This document shows, piece by piece, positions 43,005-53,537 of a stretch of DNA of 63,769 bases; the stretch's first letter is position 1, and every line of letters starts with the position of its first letter. This DNA is from Candidatus Omnitrophota bacterium (lineage in GTDB: Bacteria > Omnitrophota > Gorgyraeia > Zapsychrales > Zapsychraceae). The translations under genes and the position numbers were made by a program. The DNA is taken from the NCBI GenBank assembly GCA_030637405.1, contig DAOWGP010000040.1, positions 1 to 63,769 of the forward strand. Direction: 5' to 3'. Below the pieces are notes generated by a model. That model was not told where the DNA came from. It was given only the letters and a program-made list of their open reading frames with translations, and made no database searches.

Positions 43005-44546
43005 TCATGCCAATAGCGCCTTTGGGATAAACTTGGCGATTTTTGTCCCCTTGAGAACACCCCTGATCATTTGATTTTCGCTATGCTTAAATCCCAGAAT
43101 ATAGACCAGTATCATAAAAATACAACTTTGCAGACACGCGAGCAGGAAAATATTTAAATAATTAGGCCGGATAAAGCTTTGATAGCACAAATAGGGTATT
43201 CCGACGAATAGAGCGCAGCGCGCAACCACGCCGATCAAACATTCCATATAATATTTTCTTAAACTGATATTGAGAACCGAACATATATGTTGCGGCAAAA
43301 ACAAAAACAGTTTAATAAGCAGAGGTATCGTTGTTCCAAAAGCAACACCCATTAAACCGAATCTTTTAACCAGGAGAATGCTAAGGATAACATTAGAAAA
43401 CGCCTCGCCTAAATTAACGACAGCAGAAACTTGGTGCTTAGAAATGCCGTGAAGAACTTCAAAAACCGACCGCTGCATTTGACCGCCCAATATGCCGATA
43501 ATTAATACCACTAAAATATTATAGGCATAGATATAGTCTTCCCCCATCCATCGCTCAATAAAGAATCTTCCAAAGATCACAAGGACGCTCGCGACCAAAA
43601 TGGATAAATAGCCGTTTACTTTTGTGATAAATACAAACTTCTCACGGATCGCGTCATAATTTCCGCTGCCTTCATACCGGCTGAATAACGGCATCATCAT
43701 CCCTAAAGCATTGGACATAAAATTCATAAAATAACGGATCAGCCGCGACGCGATAGAATATAAAGTGACATGGCTCAACCCCATGAAGGCGACGATAACA
43801 AGATTATCAATATTAAAACGCATCTGCTGCGATACCTGATTCATAAAAACAAAGCTGCTGTATTTAATAAGCCCCTTAATCTTGGAAATTTGAATTAAGC
43901 TCTTTGAAAACCTTAATTGGGGATATATCTTTCTGACTAATATATAAAGGGTGACCCGGAAAACCACATCGGTACCTAGGGTTATCCATGCCAGAGCGAT
44001 GATCCCGTAACCCATTTTCAGGAAACAATAAATCAGAGAGGCCCTTAAAATAACTAATCCGAAATTTGCGATATTAACCATATCAAAGCGCAAAAACGAT
44101 CTTAAGATCCCCGAGAATACGCGCATGGGAAAATTAAAGGCGAAACTCAAACCCAAAATGATAAAGACTTGCCGGAAAATGATAACATCGCTAATATTGT
44201 TTATGAAATATGGCATCGCGTAAGCGACAATTGCGGAAATAAGCAAAATCGTCAGGCCCCCAAGGGAATAGAGGAATAAACCCGTGTTGACAACAATATT
44301 GATCTCATAATTATCTTTTTTCCCGACGGCTCTTGAAATTCCGCGTTCAACAGCCGTGCTGATCCCGAAATCAACAAGCCAGTAATAACCCAGCACGGAT
44401 CCAACCACCACCCACAGCCCATACATTCTGTCTCCCAGGAAATGTATGATAAAAGGCATCAAAAGAAACGCTATGACGATATTTGTAATAAAAAGGCTTA
44501 TCCGTAAAGCGGAACTTTTTGCTAATAATTTAGATTTTGATGACAT
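43005..44546 (-). CDS. Wzx-like polysaccharide flippase (MOP superfamily)
   Basis: 513 aa with about 12-14 TM helices. The composition and length are typical of the family. Confidence 0.65.
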   Translation of the reverse strand: MSSKSKLLAKSSALRISLFITNIVIAFLLMPFIIHFLGDRMYGLWVVVGSVLGYYWLVDFGISTAVERGISRAVGKKDNYEINIVVNTGLFLYSLGGLTILLISAIVAYAMPYFINNISDVIIFRQVFIILGLSFAFNFPMRVFSGILRSFLRFDMVNIANFGLVILRASLIYCFLKMGYGIIALAWITLGTDVVFRVTLYILVRKIYPQLRFSKSLIQISKIKGLIKYSSFVFMNQVSQQMRFNIDNLVIVAFMGLSHVTLYSIASRLIRYFMNFMSNALGMMMPLFSRYEGSGNYDAIREKFVFITKVNGYLSILVASVLVIFGRFFIERWMGEDYIYAYNILVVLIIGILGGQMQRSVFEVLHGISKHQVSAVVNLGEAFSNVILSILLVKRFGLMGVAFGTTIPLLIKLFLFLPQHICSVLNISLRKYYMECLIGVVARCALFVGIPYLCYQSFIRPNYLNIFLLACLQSCIFMILVYILGFKHSENQMIRGVLKGTKIAKFIPKALLA

Positions 44547-44562
44547 ATTGAACCTTCCGAAA

Positions 44563-46569
44563 CTATTTCCTATAAAATGCTCTCAGCAGATATACCCGAA
44601 ATAAACTCATCGGCCAGCAAGGACAAACCCTCTTAAGGAACCAACGGTCCTCAGCTTCCCGGTTAGCTCCATACTCCGTTGAACTGATGCTTGCAAAACC
44701 GGTGTCCCGGCAAAATTGGCCTAACTCGGCAATGAAATCTTCAGCGCGGCCGTTGGGAAACGCGAAATGTTTTATCGCGTGGCCAAGATGTTTCTCAATT
44801 TGACGCTTTGATTCCAGAATTTCTTGTTTGGCTTCTTCAACAGGCATGCGCGAGAGTATGGGATGACTCACGGAATGAGCCCCGAAAGTGATTCCCGCGT
44901 TCTCCATCTCCCGCACTTCTTCCCAATCGAGCATTATACGGTCTTTAGACGGCTGATAGTTTAATTTCTCCTCTATTTTAGAAAGAGCATCCTTCCTCTC
45001 CCCAACGGGCAATCCTTTAAGCCACCCCGCGAGCGTATTATAGGAAGCATATTTCTGGGCCTTACTTGAAAGGTCGTAAATGCCCGCCCCGTCATGATTT
45101 CCCTGGAGTTTTAAATCGCGCTCTTTCGTCTTTGATATAGCTTCCAATAACCTGTCCACCCATATCTTCTCTTCTGTTGAGATAAAACCGGCGGCCAAGA
45201 ATATCGTAGCCGGGATCTGTTTTTCTTTTAAGACCGGGAACATTGTCGTATAGTTATCCCTATAACCGTCATCAATAGTAACGGCGATAACCGGCCTGTC
45301 AAAATCCTTGCCCGTTTTAAGATGGTCCACCAAGGCATCCAGGGAAATAACATCGAAATACTTCAAAATAAAATCGAGAGTCTTCCGGAATTTATCCAAT
45401 GAGAGGTTTACGGCTGCTCCGGGATCGATTATCCCGCTATCCTCCGAAGAAAAACTATGATAATTCATGATCACAGCCGGAAAGCTTTTCTTTTTCAAGA
45501 AGACATACTTAATAAATAAATACAGTCCTCCCGTATAATAAAGAGACCAGCAAAATAAAAGTTTCGTGAGACGTCTTACTTTTTGTAAAATATTCACATC
45601 CGTTGACGGCTGACGCGCCTGCTTATAATTTCTCCTAAATTGTGAAATGATCCCGGCATGGAGAAACAAAGAGTTCCATAGCTCTATAAACTTTCTCTTG
45701 TTGAAAATATTGAAAAGCAGCTTGAATGCGGATTGCGTGACTTCCCGGATGGCATAGCGCGGAATCCCGAAATAGTAAACCAATTTGTCCGCCGCTAAAA
45801 CCTGATCATCGATCAAGACAAGATACCGCCCGAATGACATTTTGTATTTAGCGATATACCGGAGATTCATTCTTTTTTCATCAACCGGATGCCAGACAAG
45901 GGCCCTGCCGCAGTAAAAGATCTTTTTATGTGACCGCGCTAACCTGAAATAGAACTCAGTATCATCCCCTACAGTTCCCTTACCGGCCCCAATATCGATC
46001 CGGAAAAATCCGCGCTCATTGTATAACTCCTTTCTAAAAGCCATATTAGCGCCAACGAAAGGCTTCATCTGCGGCGTCTGATAAACTTTTGTTTCTTCAC
46101 CGTAATCATGCTTTACGATCGGCCCCGAAAGAAGGTCCGCGTGGTCCTTGATCCATTGGGGTGTCTTCTCTGGGTATACCGGCAATATCCGACCCCCGAC
46201 GGCATCACAATCATTTTCCTTAAAACAAGTCCATAATTGAAGAAGCCAATCCTCGCTCAAGACAACATCGTCATCCGTAAAAACAATGATATCTCCCAAA
46301 GCCTCGCCAATACCCCTGTTGCGCGCGAATGATAAGCCTTGCATTTTTTCAAAAACATATTTTACCCTGTTATCAGGTCCCCGCATGAGACCCTGGACAA
46401 ACTCTTTCGTCTGATCTGTCGAATTATTGTCGATAAGAAGCACCTCATAATCAAAATCATCCCGGCGCTTCTGCTTGATCACGCTTTCAAGAGTTTCTTT
46501 TAAACTCTCACAGCGGTTATACGTGCAGACCACTACGCTTATAAAATTTTTCGGGTTTCTTGTTTCCAT
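44563..46569 (-). CDS. Fusion protein: N-terminal GT2 glycosyltransferase + TM linker + C-terminal CE4 polysaccharide deacetylase
   Basis: 668 aa. ISVVVCTYNRCESLKETLESV…LIDNNSTDQT…FTDDDV; TM segment (LFCWSLYYTGGLYLFIKYVFL); then VIAVTIDDGYRDNYT and GAHSVSHPIL. Confidence 0.75.
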   Translation of the reverse strand: METRNPKNFISVVVCTYNRCESLKETLESVIKQKRRDDFDYEVLLIDNNSTDQTKEFVQGLMRGPDNRVKYVFEKMQGLSFARNRGIGEALGDIIVFTDDDVVLSEDWLLQLWTCFKENDCDAVGGRILPVYPEKTPQWIKDHADLLSGPIVKHDYGEETKVYQTPQMKPFVGANMAFRKELYNERGFFRIDIGAGKGTVGDDTEFYFRLARSHKKIFYCGRALVWHPVDEKRMNLRYIAKYKMSFGRYLVLIDDQVLAADKLVYYFGIPRYAIREVTQSAFKLLFNIFNKRKFIELWNSLFLHAGIISQFRRNYKQARQPSTDVNILQKVRRLTKLLFCWSLYYTGGLYLFIKYVFLKKKSFPAVIMNYHSFSSEDSGIIDPGAAVNLSLDKFRKTLDFILKYFDVISLDALVDHLKTGKDFDRPVIAVTIDDGYRDNYTTMFPVLKEKQIPATIFLAAGFISTEEKIWVDRLLEAISKTKERDLKLQGNHDGAGIYDLSSKAQKYASYNTLAGWLKGLPVGERKDALSKIEEKLNYQPSKDRIMLDWEEVREMENAGITFGAHSVSHPILSRMPVEEAKQEILESKRQIEKHLGHAIKHFAFPNGRAEDFIAELGQFCRDTGFASISSTEYGANREAEDRWFLKRVCPCWPMSLFRVYLLRAFYRK

Positions 46570-47759
46570 TATTTCCTTGGATCACCTAATCCCAATAACT
46601 CAACAGCATTGTTCCTGTAAGGGATCACCGTGTGCTTTTCCAGAACGAATTTCCGCGCGTTACTTGCCATCTCATTTCTTTGCTTATCAGAAAGGGCAAC
46701 AGCTTTTGTAAGCCCGTTTAAAACTCCTGCCCGGTTTTTTTCCACCAAATAGCCGTTGACACCGTCTTGTATAATCTCGCTGGGACCCGGCGTCTTTGTC
46801 GCGACACACACTAATTCACTGGCCATCGCTTCTAACGCGGCCGTGGCGATCCCTTCAATATCTGATGACAAAACGTATAGATCGCTCATTCTCAGGTAAT
46901 CCGCGACGTTCTCCTTAAACCCCAGGAATTTTATCCGGTCAAAAGAAACTTTTTCACTCGCTAATTTTTCCAAGTCAGGCCGCAGCGGTCCATCGCCGAC
47001 AAGCAATAACCAGCAACGGCTGTTTTCCATCCATAATTGATCGAAGGCATTAATAAGACGGTCAACGCATTTTTCTCCTGATAGCCGCGCCGTGCTGATA
47101 ATAACAGTATCTTTTTCCGGGATATTATATTTTTGGCGCGTTTTATGACGGATCTCATCACCGCGCGAAAACGTCTCAACATCAATAGCGGTAGCCACAG
47201 TTAAAACCCTTCCTTTAGGATAATGATACCAATTCACCATCCGGTCTCTGACCTCCTCACCCACAGCCAGGGTTAACTTAGAGATCCATCCCCTCAACGC
47301 CAAAAAAAACATTTCCTTATACCACCATAAAGCAAGTCCTGAAAAACATTTAAAATAACGTTTGCTGGTTTTTAAGGAAGGTTCCCGGGCCCCCAACACC
47401 TCCAGCGAAAAAACATGGCCTTTCGTAATAAAAAATCCCGCGAGAAACTCCGGCAGCCTGAAGTCCAGGAATGATCCCTGCACAAAAACGACCCTATCAG
47501 GTTTCAGGACTTTCAATAATTTGAACATATGCCTAAAGTTCTTTATAAAGCTATTTTCTGACGAAAGCGGAAAACTTGCCACCTCAACGGGTATACCCCT
47601 CTTAGAGAATTCCCGCGTGAAAATATCATGCGTTGCCATCAAGGTAATCCGATTCCGGCTGTAATCCGCATCCTTGAAATAACGGCAGACCCTGTTCTCG
47701 CATCCGCCCCAATGAGCGCTTTTATGAAATTTCCGTATAAACACATAATGTTTCATCAT
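46569..47759 (-). CDS. GT4-family glycosyltransferase
   Basis: 396 aa with STARLSGEKCVDRLI and EGIATAALEAMASELVCVATKTPGPSEII. Confidence 0.75.
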   Translation of the reverse strand: MMKHYVFIRKFHKSAHWGGCENRVCRYFKDADYSRNRITLMATHDIFTREFSKRGIPVEVASFPLSSENSFIKNFRHMFKLLKVLKPDRVVFVQGSFLDFRLPEFLAGFFITKGHVFSLEVLGAREPSLKTSKRYFKCFSGLALWWYKEMFFLALRGWISKLTLAVGEEVRDRMVNWYHYPKGRVLTVATAIDVETFSRGDEIRHKTRQKYNIPEKDTVIISTARLSGEKCVDRLINAFDQLWMENSRCWLLLVGDGPLRPDLEKLASEKVSFDRIKFLGFKENVADYLRMSDLYVLSSDIEGIATAALEAMASELVCVATKTPGPSEIIQDGVNGYLVEKNRAGVLNGLTKAVALSDKQRNEMASNARKFVLEKHTVIPYRNNAVELLGLGDPRK

Positions 47760-47787
47760 AAAACCTTACAAGCCTTCTTTAAGAAGC

Positions 47788-48732
47788 CTAAAAACACTTC
47801 GCCAATTGAATATAGTCCCTACAAACGCTCTCAATGGATGTACGCTTTCGCACTTTGCGTATCATATCCAGCGCGCTTTCCCAGATTTTACTCCCGTATG
47901 TCTCCTTTGAATAGGCCACGGCCTCTTTGACGCTCTTTAAATCGCCGCTCGTATAATACGGATAAGACGCGTCGAGCAATTCAAGATTCGAATAATCGCG
48001 GCTCAAAATAATATTTGAGTCTGTCGCGCTGGCAAATGATAATTTGACCGCCGGTTTATATTTAAAGCTTTCGGAATGATCTTCCCGGACAGAAAAATGA
48101 CAATTGTAATCCCGGATCTCCTGGAGTAAATCGATAAAGAGTTGCTCGCTATTGCACCTTAGGCAATGCAGGTTCTTGATCTCTCTGATATGTTCCGGCG
48201 CGATGTTTTCCGGCGTCGTATCACCGAAATATAACAATTTGTATCGCGAAGCGTGATTCACCCGGCACCGCTTATCCCAATGATGAGGAACCACTCCATA
48301 CCGGCAATCCTTCCTGAAGTAGTCTGCCGTCTCGCCGATGCACTGATCATTCATGAAAATAACACCGTCGAACATCCGCGCTTCCGGATCACTCCGTAAT
48401 TCCACAAGGCTGTCTAACGGATCCCAGATCAGAATATTTCCATTCTTTTTCAGGATCGAGAAAATATCGGCGCTATTCTGGGATGCCGCTTTAACAATGA
48501 TAAAAATACTATCCTTGACCTGCTCAAGCTTTTTAGGCCTGTAGTCCAGTTCAAACACGCGGGAATAGATCCCGAGTTTATTAAGCTGCCCGCTTATTTG
48601 ACAACCCCGGGTGATCGCCGATCCGATATGAAAATTAGGGACAAGAAAATGGATCCTTTTCCCTTTCTCACCGGCATTCCGGTTAATTAACAAATTCCAA
48701 TATTGCTTGGTAGTCATTCTGTATTTGTTCAT
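47788..48732 (-). CDS. Hypothetical protein (possibly a divergent glycosyltransferase-like enzyme)
   Basis: 314-aa soluble ORF in operon context. I recognise no motif. Confidence 0.3.
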   Translation of the reverse strand: MNKYRMTTKQYWNLLINRNAGEKGKRIHFLVPNFHIGSAITRGCQISGQLNKLGIYSRVFELDYRPKKLEQVKDSIFIIVKAASQNSADIFSILKKNGNILIWDPLDSLVELRSDPEARMFDGVIFMNDQCIGETADYFRKDCRYGVVPHHWDKRCRVNHASRYKLLYFGDTTPENIAPEHIREIKNLHCLRCNSEQLFIDLLQEIRDYNCHFSVREDHSESFKYKPAVKLSFASATDSNIILSRDYSNLELLDASYPYYTSGDLKSVKEAVAYSKETYGSKIWESALDMIRKVRKRTSIESVCRDYIQLAKCF

Positions 48733-48758
48733 AAATACTCATCTCGCGATTTCTTAAT

Positions 48759-50039
48759 TTACTCTTTTCTAAGGGCCTTTTCGCTTCTTCCGATCCAGCC
48801 GTTAAGCATTTCACGGTATGACTTCGCTTCATAGATATCATATGATTTCCGGAAGTAATTCAGCGCTTTAGCATAATCTTCCATTTCGAAATATGTTTTT
48901 CCGGCAGAAGTTAATATTTCCGCCTTCTCCCAATCTTCTTGAGCCTCGGGATACCGGGCATTATCTTTTTCAATGGCTTTCATAAATTCAATCCGGGCGC
49001 GGTCCTCCCGCTTAAGCAGTTTAAGAATTCTTCCGGCTCTAAGGTTCGGTTTTGGTTTATCCGGATTTTCTTGAGCTCGCTTATATTCCCGCGCGAGCGC
49101 CCGCCGGAAAATTCCGGAGGCTTCCTCTTCTTTCCCCTGCGAGCTTAATACCATGCCGTATTCATAAAGAGTTTCTTCCGTCATCCATTGAGGATTCCCT
49201 ATTAAGAACCGGAACACCGTCTCAGACTGCGCGTACGCCCCTGCCTTGGGATAAAACTTTCCCGCGAAAAGGTTCAAAGTTTTTTTCAAATAGCCTTCGT
49301 TCGCCCGGCACGAAACAAGAACGCCTGTCATGCTTACGGTAAGCATCATCAGCGCGACCCCTAAAACAGGGGCCGGCACAAAAGACAACGGCCGTTTTCC
49401 AGGTGTCGTCATCAAAATATCTTTCGCGAACAACAGAAAAGCAAATCCTAAAAACAATTCGCCGATTTCATCGGATCTGATCGTCACAGGATCAAAAAGA
49501 AAGACAAGTACCAGAATAAAAAAGGGCCATTGCTGTACCGGAACCAGGGGAATACCCAGTTTACTAATCCATCGATCCATCATTTTGGATTTCGACCGCA
49601 GGAATGGGAGCGCGACCATCCAGCCCAAAATAACAATAGCGGCTATTAACTCTAAAGGCAGGGGCCTAAACAAATTGTGAACATTGATCTCTTCCTGAAA
49701 ATTATACTGGGCTATGATATGAGGGGTTTCTACTCCTACAATCCTTTGCCCCCAACTGATTTCCTCCATCCCCAAAAAGAAAAGTCCCAGTGTAAATAAA
49801 AAATACCCGGATTTTCTAAGACTTTTATCGCGGAACATCGCCCAGATTATGAGAAAGGCCGCGAGCAAACAGCAGACAGCGGTTCCATACTCCCCCCAAT
49901 AATCTTCAGTAACTAAATAGGTGTATAGAACAGGCCTCCGGTAACACAAGAATTCGATGATGCCCCAAAGCGCGACGGCAATAAGTGTATTGAGAATGGT
50001 TTTCTTGTAATTTATATCCGTATTAATATTGTTCATCAT
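48759..50039 (-). CDS. Polytopic membrane protein with C-terminal TPR-like domain
   Basis: The start is moved to the ATG at 50039 (MMNNINTD). The first 9 codons of the track ORF (MGVNPWGSS) are encoded inside the repeat element; codons 10-19 lie between the element and the revised start. About 7 TM helices, then TPR-like repeats (…AGKTYFEMEDYAKALNYFRKSYDIY). Confidence 0.55.
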   Translation of the reverse strand: MMNNINTDINYKKTILNTLIAVALWGIIEFLCYRRPVLYTYLVTEDYWGEYGTAVCCLLAAFLIIWAMFRDKSLRKSGYFLFTLGLFFLGMEEISWGQRIVGVETPHIIAQYNFQEEINVHNLFRPLPLELIAAIVILGWMVALPFLRSKSKMMDRWISKLGIPLVPVQQWPFFILVLVFLFDPVTIRSDEIGELFLGFAFLLFAKDILMTTPGKRPLSFVPAPVLGVALMMLTVSMTGVLVSCRANEGYLKKTLNLFAGKFYPKAGAYAQSETVFRFLIGNPQWMTEETLYEYGMVLSSQGKEEEASGIFRRALAREYKRAQENPDKPKPNLRAGRILKLLKREDRARIEFMKAIEKDNARYPEAQEDWEKAEILTSAGKTYFEMEDYAKALNYFRKSYDIYEAKSYREMLNGWIGRSEKALRKE

Positions 50040-50068
50040 GCCTGTCCTAATGAAGTAATGTCCGTCGA

Positions 50069-50338
50069 TACTGGAACCCCATGGGTTTACACCCATGGTC
50101 CCTTTATTATTCTGTTATTCGATCCGCGATTGACGGACCATCATTCATCCATGACTTTACCGTCATGGAATTCTGCTACTCAAATAGCGGAGATCCTTCG
50201 ACGCGCCCGCTTTCGCTCGCTCAGGATGGTTCGGCGCTCCGTTCCAGTGGTGAGTCCTTCGGCAAGCTCAGGATACCTCTCGACCAAATTATCCCGAGCG
50301 AAGTCGAGGGACAAGCGAAGCGCGCCAAACCATTAAAA
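50069..50338. repeat. Mosaic hairpin-rich intergenic element, copy 2 (270 nt, with a nested 56-nt REP-like insertion)
   Basis: Collinear with 37506-37721. The insertion TCCTTCGGCAAGCTCAGGATACCTCTCGACCAAATTATCCCGAGCGAAGTCGAGGGA lies inside the loop of the conserved GGTT(T/C)GGCG…CGCCGAAC stem. Confidence 0.75.
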
Positions 50339-50370
50339 CAATTTTCAGGCCAAATTTAATCCGCTTATCA

Positions 50371-50877
50371 TCAGGCCCGGAACACCCAAAGCTTGTACCC
50401 GATGAAATTTAAAAGAGTTATCGACCCGTTAACACCTATCCACGTGACGCGGTAGGGCCATGATAATAAGTCCACAAAGACAAAGATCCCTGCCGTGCTT
50501 AATACGACGCAAAGAACGTTAAAAACAATAAACCGCCGGAACTGCCGGGGGTCTTTGTGAACAATTTTAAATGTCCATTTTTTATTTAAAAGATAACTAT
50601 TGAGTATCCCCGCGAGATAACCCAAGGTATTGGCAACGGCTCCGTCAAGAGATGTGATCCCGAATTGATCGAGGAGATTGACAACTGATAGCCCCCAACC
50701 CGGCTCACCTCCGCCTGTGAGAACAGATAACTTCGCGTAATTAAAGATTAAATAGTAGACGCTGAAGCTTACGATAAAATTAGAAACGCCGACAATGCCG
50801 AACTTTATAAATTGCCTCAATTCTTCAGAGCGCAAATAATCCCGCGTGTCAAAATCACTGTCTTTGCTCAAGAGCAT
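50371..50877 (-). CDS. GtrA-family membrane protein
   Basis: 168 aa with 4 TM helices and RQFIKFGIVGVSNFIVSFSVYYL. Confidence 0.7.
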   Translation of the reverse strand: MLLSKDSDFDTRDYLRSEELRQFIKFGIVGVSNFIVSFSVYYLIFNYAKLSVLTGGGEPGWGLSVVNLLDQFGITSLDGAVANTLGYLAGILNSYLLNKKWTFKIVHKDPRQFRRFIVFNVLCVVLSTAGIFVFVDLLSWPYRVTWIGVNGSITLLNFIGYKLWVFRA

Positions 50878-51863
50878 TATAATCGGCCCTTTTCAAAGAT
50901 GTTAAACCCGGCGTGCTCCTGCACGAGATACCGCGGACGGCCCCTGACCTCAATGAGAATACGTCCGATATATTCCCCGATGATCCCCATCAATATAAAA
51001 AGGATCCCGAACATCAAAGATACAATCCCAATAGCTGATGCCCAACCCGGAACAGCCCTGTCCGTGAATAATTTGACATATATGGCGTCACCAAGCTGAT
51101 AGAACGCGACGAAACTTGTAAAAATTCCCAGGATAATTGAGATCCGCAATGGCACAATGGAGAATGATGTAATGCCCGTCCAGGCAAACTTGATCATTCT
51201 GCTCAATGTATATTTACTCACCCCCTTGAACCGGTCCTGGCATTGATACTCAATAGTCGCGCTCGTATAACCAAGCGTTTGAACGATCCCTCTTAAAAAA
51301 AGTCCTTCCTCGCGGAATAAAAGAATATGGTCAACGACCTTACGGTCTAATAAGCGGAAGTCCGCCATACCGCTTTCAATGGGAATCCCGCTAAGAAATG
51401 AAAATACTTTATAATATAATTTGGATGTCACCTTTTTATAAAGAGGAAGCTTCCGCGGTTCAATACGGGCACTATTGACAATTTTGTTTCCACTCTCCCA
51501 CGTTTCAATCATGCGTGGAATAACATCGGGCGGATGCTGCAGATCAGCGTCCATCGTGACCACTGCGTCCCCTTTCGTCTGTACTAATCCGGCAAAAAGA
51601 GCGTATTGATGCCCGAAATTCCTGGAAAAACGGATTCCCCTAATACATTTATTGGCTTCACACAACTTCCTGATCTTAACCCACGAGCCGTCCTTGCTTC
51701 CGTCATCGACAAACAGAATTTCCCAAGTCAGCCCGGTAGCATTCAGGGTTTTTTGCAACTCTTCAAAAAGTTTATCCAAATTCTCCTCTTCATTGAAAAC
51801 CGGCACAACAATGGAAAGGCGGCAACTTTGCTGATCGCTTATTTGATCATTGGATTTGCTCAT
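50877..51863 (-). CDS. Polyprenyl-phosphate glycosyltransferase (GT2; GtrB/ArnC/DPM1-like)
   Basis: 328 aa with LSIVVPVFNEEENL…ILFVDDGSKDGS and MDADLQHPP, plus two C-terminal TM helices. Confidence 0.8.
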   Translation of the reverse strand: MSKSNDQISDQQSCRLSIVVPVFNEEENLDKLFEELQKTLNATGLTWEILFVDDGSKDGSWVKIRKLCEANKCIRGIRFSRNFGHQYALFAGLVQTKGDAVVTMDADLQHPPDVIPRMIETWESGNKIVNSARIEPRKLPLYKKVTSKLYYKVFSFLSGIPIESGMADFRLLDRKVVDHILLFREEGLFLRGIVQTLGYTSATIEYQCQDRFKGVSKYTLSRMIKFAWTGITSFSIVPLRISIILGIFTSFVAFYQLGDAIYVKLFTDRAVPGWASAIGIVSLMFGILFILMGIIGEYIGRILIEVRGRPRYLVQEHAGFNIFEKGRL

Positions 51864-53517
51864 TTCTATTTCCCCTCAATTTTGTTTTATCGAAATAAAA
51901 AAGCTCGATCGGTTTGTTGAAATCATCTATTTCCCGATACAGTAATGTCAATCCCTCCTTTTGTTCTCTCGATATCCATTCCTGATAGAACGGATATTTC
52001 TTTAACAATCTGTGCTCAAAAAACATAAAATCGATCTCATTTAAACCGCAATACCTTATAAATTTCTCATAAGTTGTGTAGGGAATCGGGAAACCTTCCA
52101 TCTTCGCGTAAAAAGCCAGGTTCCCTTTTCTTGAGACGATTTTCGGGGCTTCCATGGATGCCTCGCGCGCATATTGATTGAGATGACCGGCCAACCGTTT
52201 CACTGTCGCGGGATTATAGTCAAAATTATATTTCGGCTGGTCAAGATAAATCGTTTTTAGAGGCATGCAGAAGGCCCCGATAACGGCGCAAAGAGATACA
52301 GCCGGAACAAGGACCTGCCCGTAATGACGGGGGGCCTTATCTTCCGTAATGACATTTGTAAGATAGGCAATGCCCACGCCTTCGATAAGCATGATCAGCG
52401 GGGCAATGACCGCGATATGGCGTATCGTCACATTATGGATAAGCGGAGCGACTAGCGCGGACGCGATAAATGCCAGGAAAATGAAACACTCAGACCGGCA
52501 GCCTCCCTGAAAAAGCGCCAGCAGCCCCAAGGCAAAAAAGATTATGCCCAACGGGCCGATCAAAATACCGAGATTCTTTTGATAGAGCGTGTCAAATTCA
52601 TGAAGAGAATTCTTCACGAAACTTTTTATTTCCGTTTTCGCGGAAAGCTCATCGATCGCTTCCGGATGGCTTTGAACATAGCCGAGATTGATCCTCTTTG
52701 AGCTATAATCCAGTCCCAAGATCTTTTCATGGTAGGATTTCTGATCATTGTTTTTTAGGATCAGTGTCCAAACCTGCCTCCCGTTAATGGCAAACCTTCC
52801 GATTCTTTGACTGACACGCCAAATTTGCGGGCCGGCCATAATAGAAAAGAAAAGCACGTAAAGCAGGACCGAGCCTATTAACTTCTTAACGCCGTAATCT
52901 TTTCGGTTGAATAATAAATAACAGGTTACTTGGATAAAGGGAATAATAGCTATATACAGGAGCCCCTCGGTCCGGCTTAAGAAACTCAATCCGAATACAA
53001 TGCCAAGCAATGCCGATTGCCACAGCTTGGGATTCCGGTATTGAACAAGAAACAGCCACAAGCCCAAATAACATATAGCAATATAAGATGACTCCGTCAG
53101 GATGCTGTACGATAGAGGGATCAATGTCGGGTTGAAGCTCAATATGAGAAGCCCGAACAAGACCGCGTATTTCTTGGCGAACCGGTTCCCGATCAGGAAT
53201 ACAAAGAAAAACAAAAGGGCGCTGAAGACCATCGAAGAAAGCCGCGCCCCGAATTCAACGGACCAGCCCGGGAGGCTGCACAAAGCACTGAAGAACGGGT
53301 ACAACGGTGTGGCATCCGCGCGCAACGCGATGATCTTGCTTAAATTAAAAGTCATGAAGGTCTTAATGTCGTACATCAGGTAAATACTGTCGGGATCTTC
53401 CAGAAGAACCGTGACACTCCAGGCAAGGCCTCTTAGCCCGATGTAGATAAAAAAGACCAGCCAGCACCAAAGGTGCAACGTCTTGTTTTCTTTATTTTCA
53501 ATATTTAAATTATCCAT
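51847..53517 (-). CDS. GT-C fold glycosyltransferase (ArnT/PMT, GT39/GT83-like)
   Basis: 556 aa with at least 10 TM helices. The first periplasmic loop has an acidic LEDPDSIYL motif, and there is a C-terminal soluble domain. Confidence 0.55.
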   Translation of the reverse strand: MDNLNIENKENKTLHLWCWLVFFIYIGLRGLAWSVTVLLEDPDSIYLMYDIKTFMTFNLSKIIALRADATPLYPFFSALCSLPGWSVEFGARLSSMVFSALLFFFVFLIGNRFAKKYAVLFGLLILSFNPTLIPLSYSILTESSYIAICYLGLWLFLVQYRNPKLWQSALLGIVFGLSFLSRTEGLLYIAIIPFIQVTCYLLFNRKDYGVKKLIGSVLLYVLFFSIMAGPQIWRVSQRIGRFAINGRQVWTLILKNNDQKSYHEKILGLDYSSKRINLGYVQSHPEAIDELSAKTEIKSFVKNSLHEFDTLYQKNLGILIGPLGIIFFALGLLALFQGGCRSECFIFLAFIASALVAPLIHNVTIRHIAVIAPLIMLIEGVGIAYLTNVITEDKAPRHYGQVLVPAVSLCAVIGAFCMPLKTIYLDQPKYNFDYNPATVKRLAGHLNQYAREASMEAPKIVSRKGNLAFYAKMEGFPIPYTTYEKFIRYCGLNEIDFMFFEHRLLKKYPFYQEWISREQKEGLTLLYREIDDFNKPIELFYFDKTKLRGNRNEQIQ

Positions 53518-53537
53518 GGCTCGCCGTCATTCGTTTC

